Part shown: positions 63,011-64,000 of the stretch, in pieces
Position numbering within the stretch: position 1 is the first letter of the stretch
Layout of the letters: every line of letters begins with the position of its first letter
Translations under genes and position numbers: made by a program
Origin: Klebsormidium nitens
Lineage: Eukaryota; Plantae; Klebsormidiophyceae
DNA length: 64,000 nucleotides
Direction: 5' to 3'
Assembly (NCBI GenBank): GCA_000708835.1
Contig: DF237229.1
Coordinates: 49,704-113,703 of the forward strand
Notes under the pieces: generated by a model
The model's input: the letters and a program-made list of their open reading frames with translations, nothing else
The model's database searches: none
Told to the model about the DNA's origin: nothing

Positions 63011-64000
63011 TCAACTCCGTTGAAGCCTCAAAAACGTGCGAGTGCGCTGACCAAAGTGGCTCTCAGTTTGTTGATGCATGTAGACTAACAACTGTCTAGA
63101 AGAGTGCGATGGCTCCACCATACCTTGCCAGCACGATCTGGTCGCTTGCTTCCCACCCCTCCACCCCCCCCTTGTCCAGCTCTGACCAACACAGGGTTGT
63201 GTTCTAACTGTTTTCTGAGCCCCACTCCCCATTGATACCCCTGCAGAAGCAGTGCGACAGTTCTTCATGAGTAACTTGCACCCCGCTCTTAAAAGTTGAG
63301 CTTTAGAGTAGTTCAAGTCCAAATTGCACGAATCTGCTTCCATAGGAGCTCGAGCTGGCTGGAGGACCTCAAGAAGCAGAGCATATGGAAGACTCGCATA
63401 CGACTGAAGGTTTGCCTCGACTGGCAAATCTCAGCATCATCTATGTAGGTTTTTTCCAGGATTCCTGTCTACACATCGTTGAAATCGAGGACAGGGGTAG
63501 CTGTCACATTCAATAGATGTTGTACCACCACAAATAGAAACCAACGCTCAGGACTTGCAAAACATGGCCTGGAAACAAGGGGGAAACAAGCTGACAGTGA
63601 CACTACCAGGCCAATGAGGTCGTCCAGAGCACCAGTCTGGTCCTGTAGGCAATGCCGTGGTACACTTGAAGCAAGCGGCAGCTCTGAATAGACGGCATTG
63701 GCAGCTGAAATGCTGACTGCTGAGGGCACCAACTCAAAACATTGCACTGAATGTTTGTGTAATGCCAGCAGCATCCTCACCGTACAATCACCACGCAAAC
63801 CGTGGTCTTTTCCCTGCAGAAGTCCACCATGCAAAAACTCTGTTTGCCGTGTGGCGTTGCTAGCACGGCAACCGGAGGGCCACGCCAAAGGTTTTCTGCA
63901 CAGAACGAGGTCGCTGCAGACTTGCATCGTCCCTGCTGTCCTGCTCAATAGTTTTAGAATGCTGCTGTTCCCTTTGGATGCTCAGAAGTGGGGTGAGCCA
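63011..64000 (-). other. Possible partial minus-strand gene of unknown product running in from beyond the window
   Basis: Short AG/GT-bounded segments (GKDHGLRGDCT, DQTGALDDLIGL) and ORFs 63469-63948 and 63011-63427. No recognisable motif and no consistent model could be built. Confidence 0.25.

Noticed and set aside
1-64000. CRISPR arrays, rRNA, transposase, reverse transcriptase or viral genes
   Set aside because: No regularly spaced repeat-spacer array, rRNA-like sequence or catalytic motifs of these proteins were seen.

Overview
Intron-rich eukaryotic genomic DNA with GT-AG introns throughout. Gene content and intron style suggest a streptophyte green alga such as Klebsormidium (inference, not verified). 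I assembled spliced models by hand, checking splice phase at the junctions listed. In order: an ArsC/LMW-PTP-fold gene of bacterial type; a disrupted F-box/LRR gene; a CRAL-TRIO (Sec14-like) gene with a probable plastid transit peptide; a strongly divergent class I cytochrome c; a DUF3598-like gene; a repeat- and motif-rich divergent promoter region; a secreted Cys-rich propeptide; a NIMA-related kinase (NEK) spliced in frame to a CAP-Gly domain; a 994-aa type II membrane protein with three glycosyltransferase-like domains; an LRR receptor-like kinase; CCDC124; and a TPR membrane protein. No rRNA, tRNA, CRISPR array or autonomous transposon was found. The best leads are the triple glycosyltransferase, the NEK-CAP-Gly/SxIP fusion, the lysine-depleted cytochrome c, the intron-containing ArsC-like gene and the RxLL-processed Cys-rich peptide. 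Family assignments come from recalled motifs; no database search was run.
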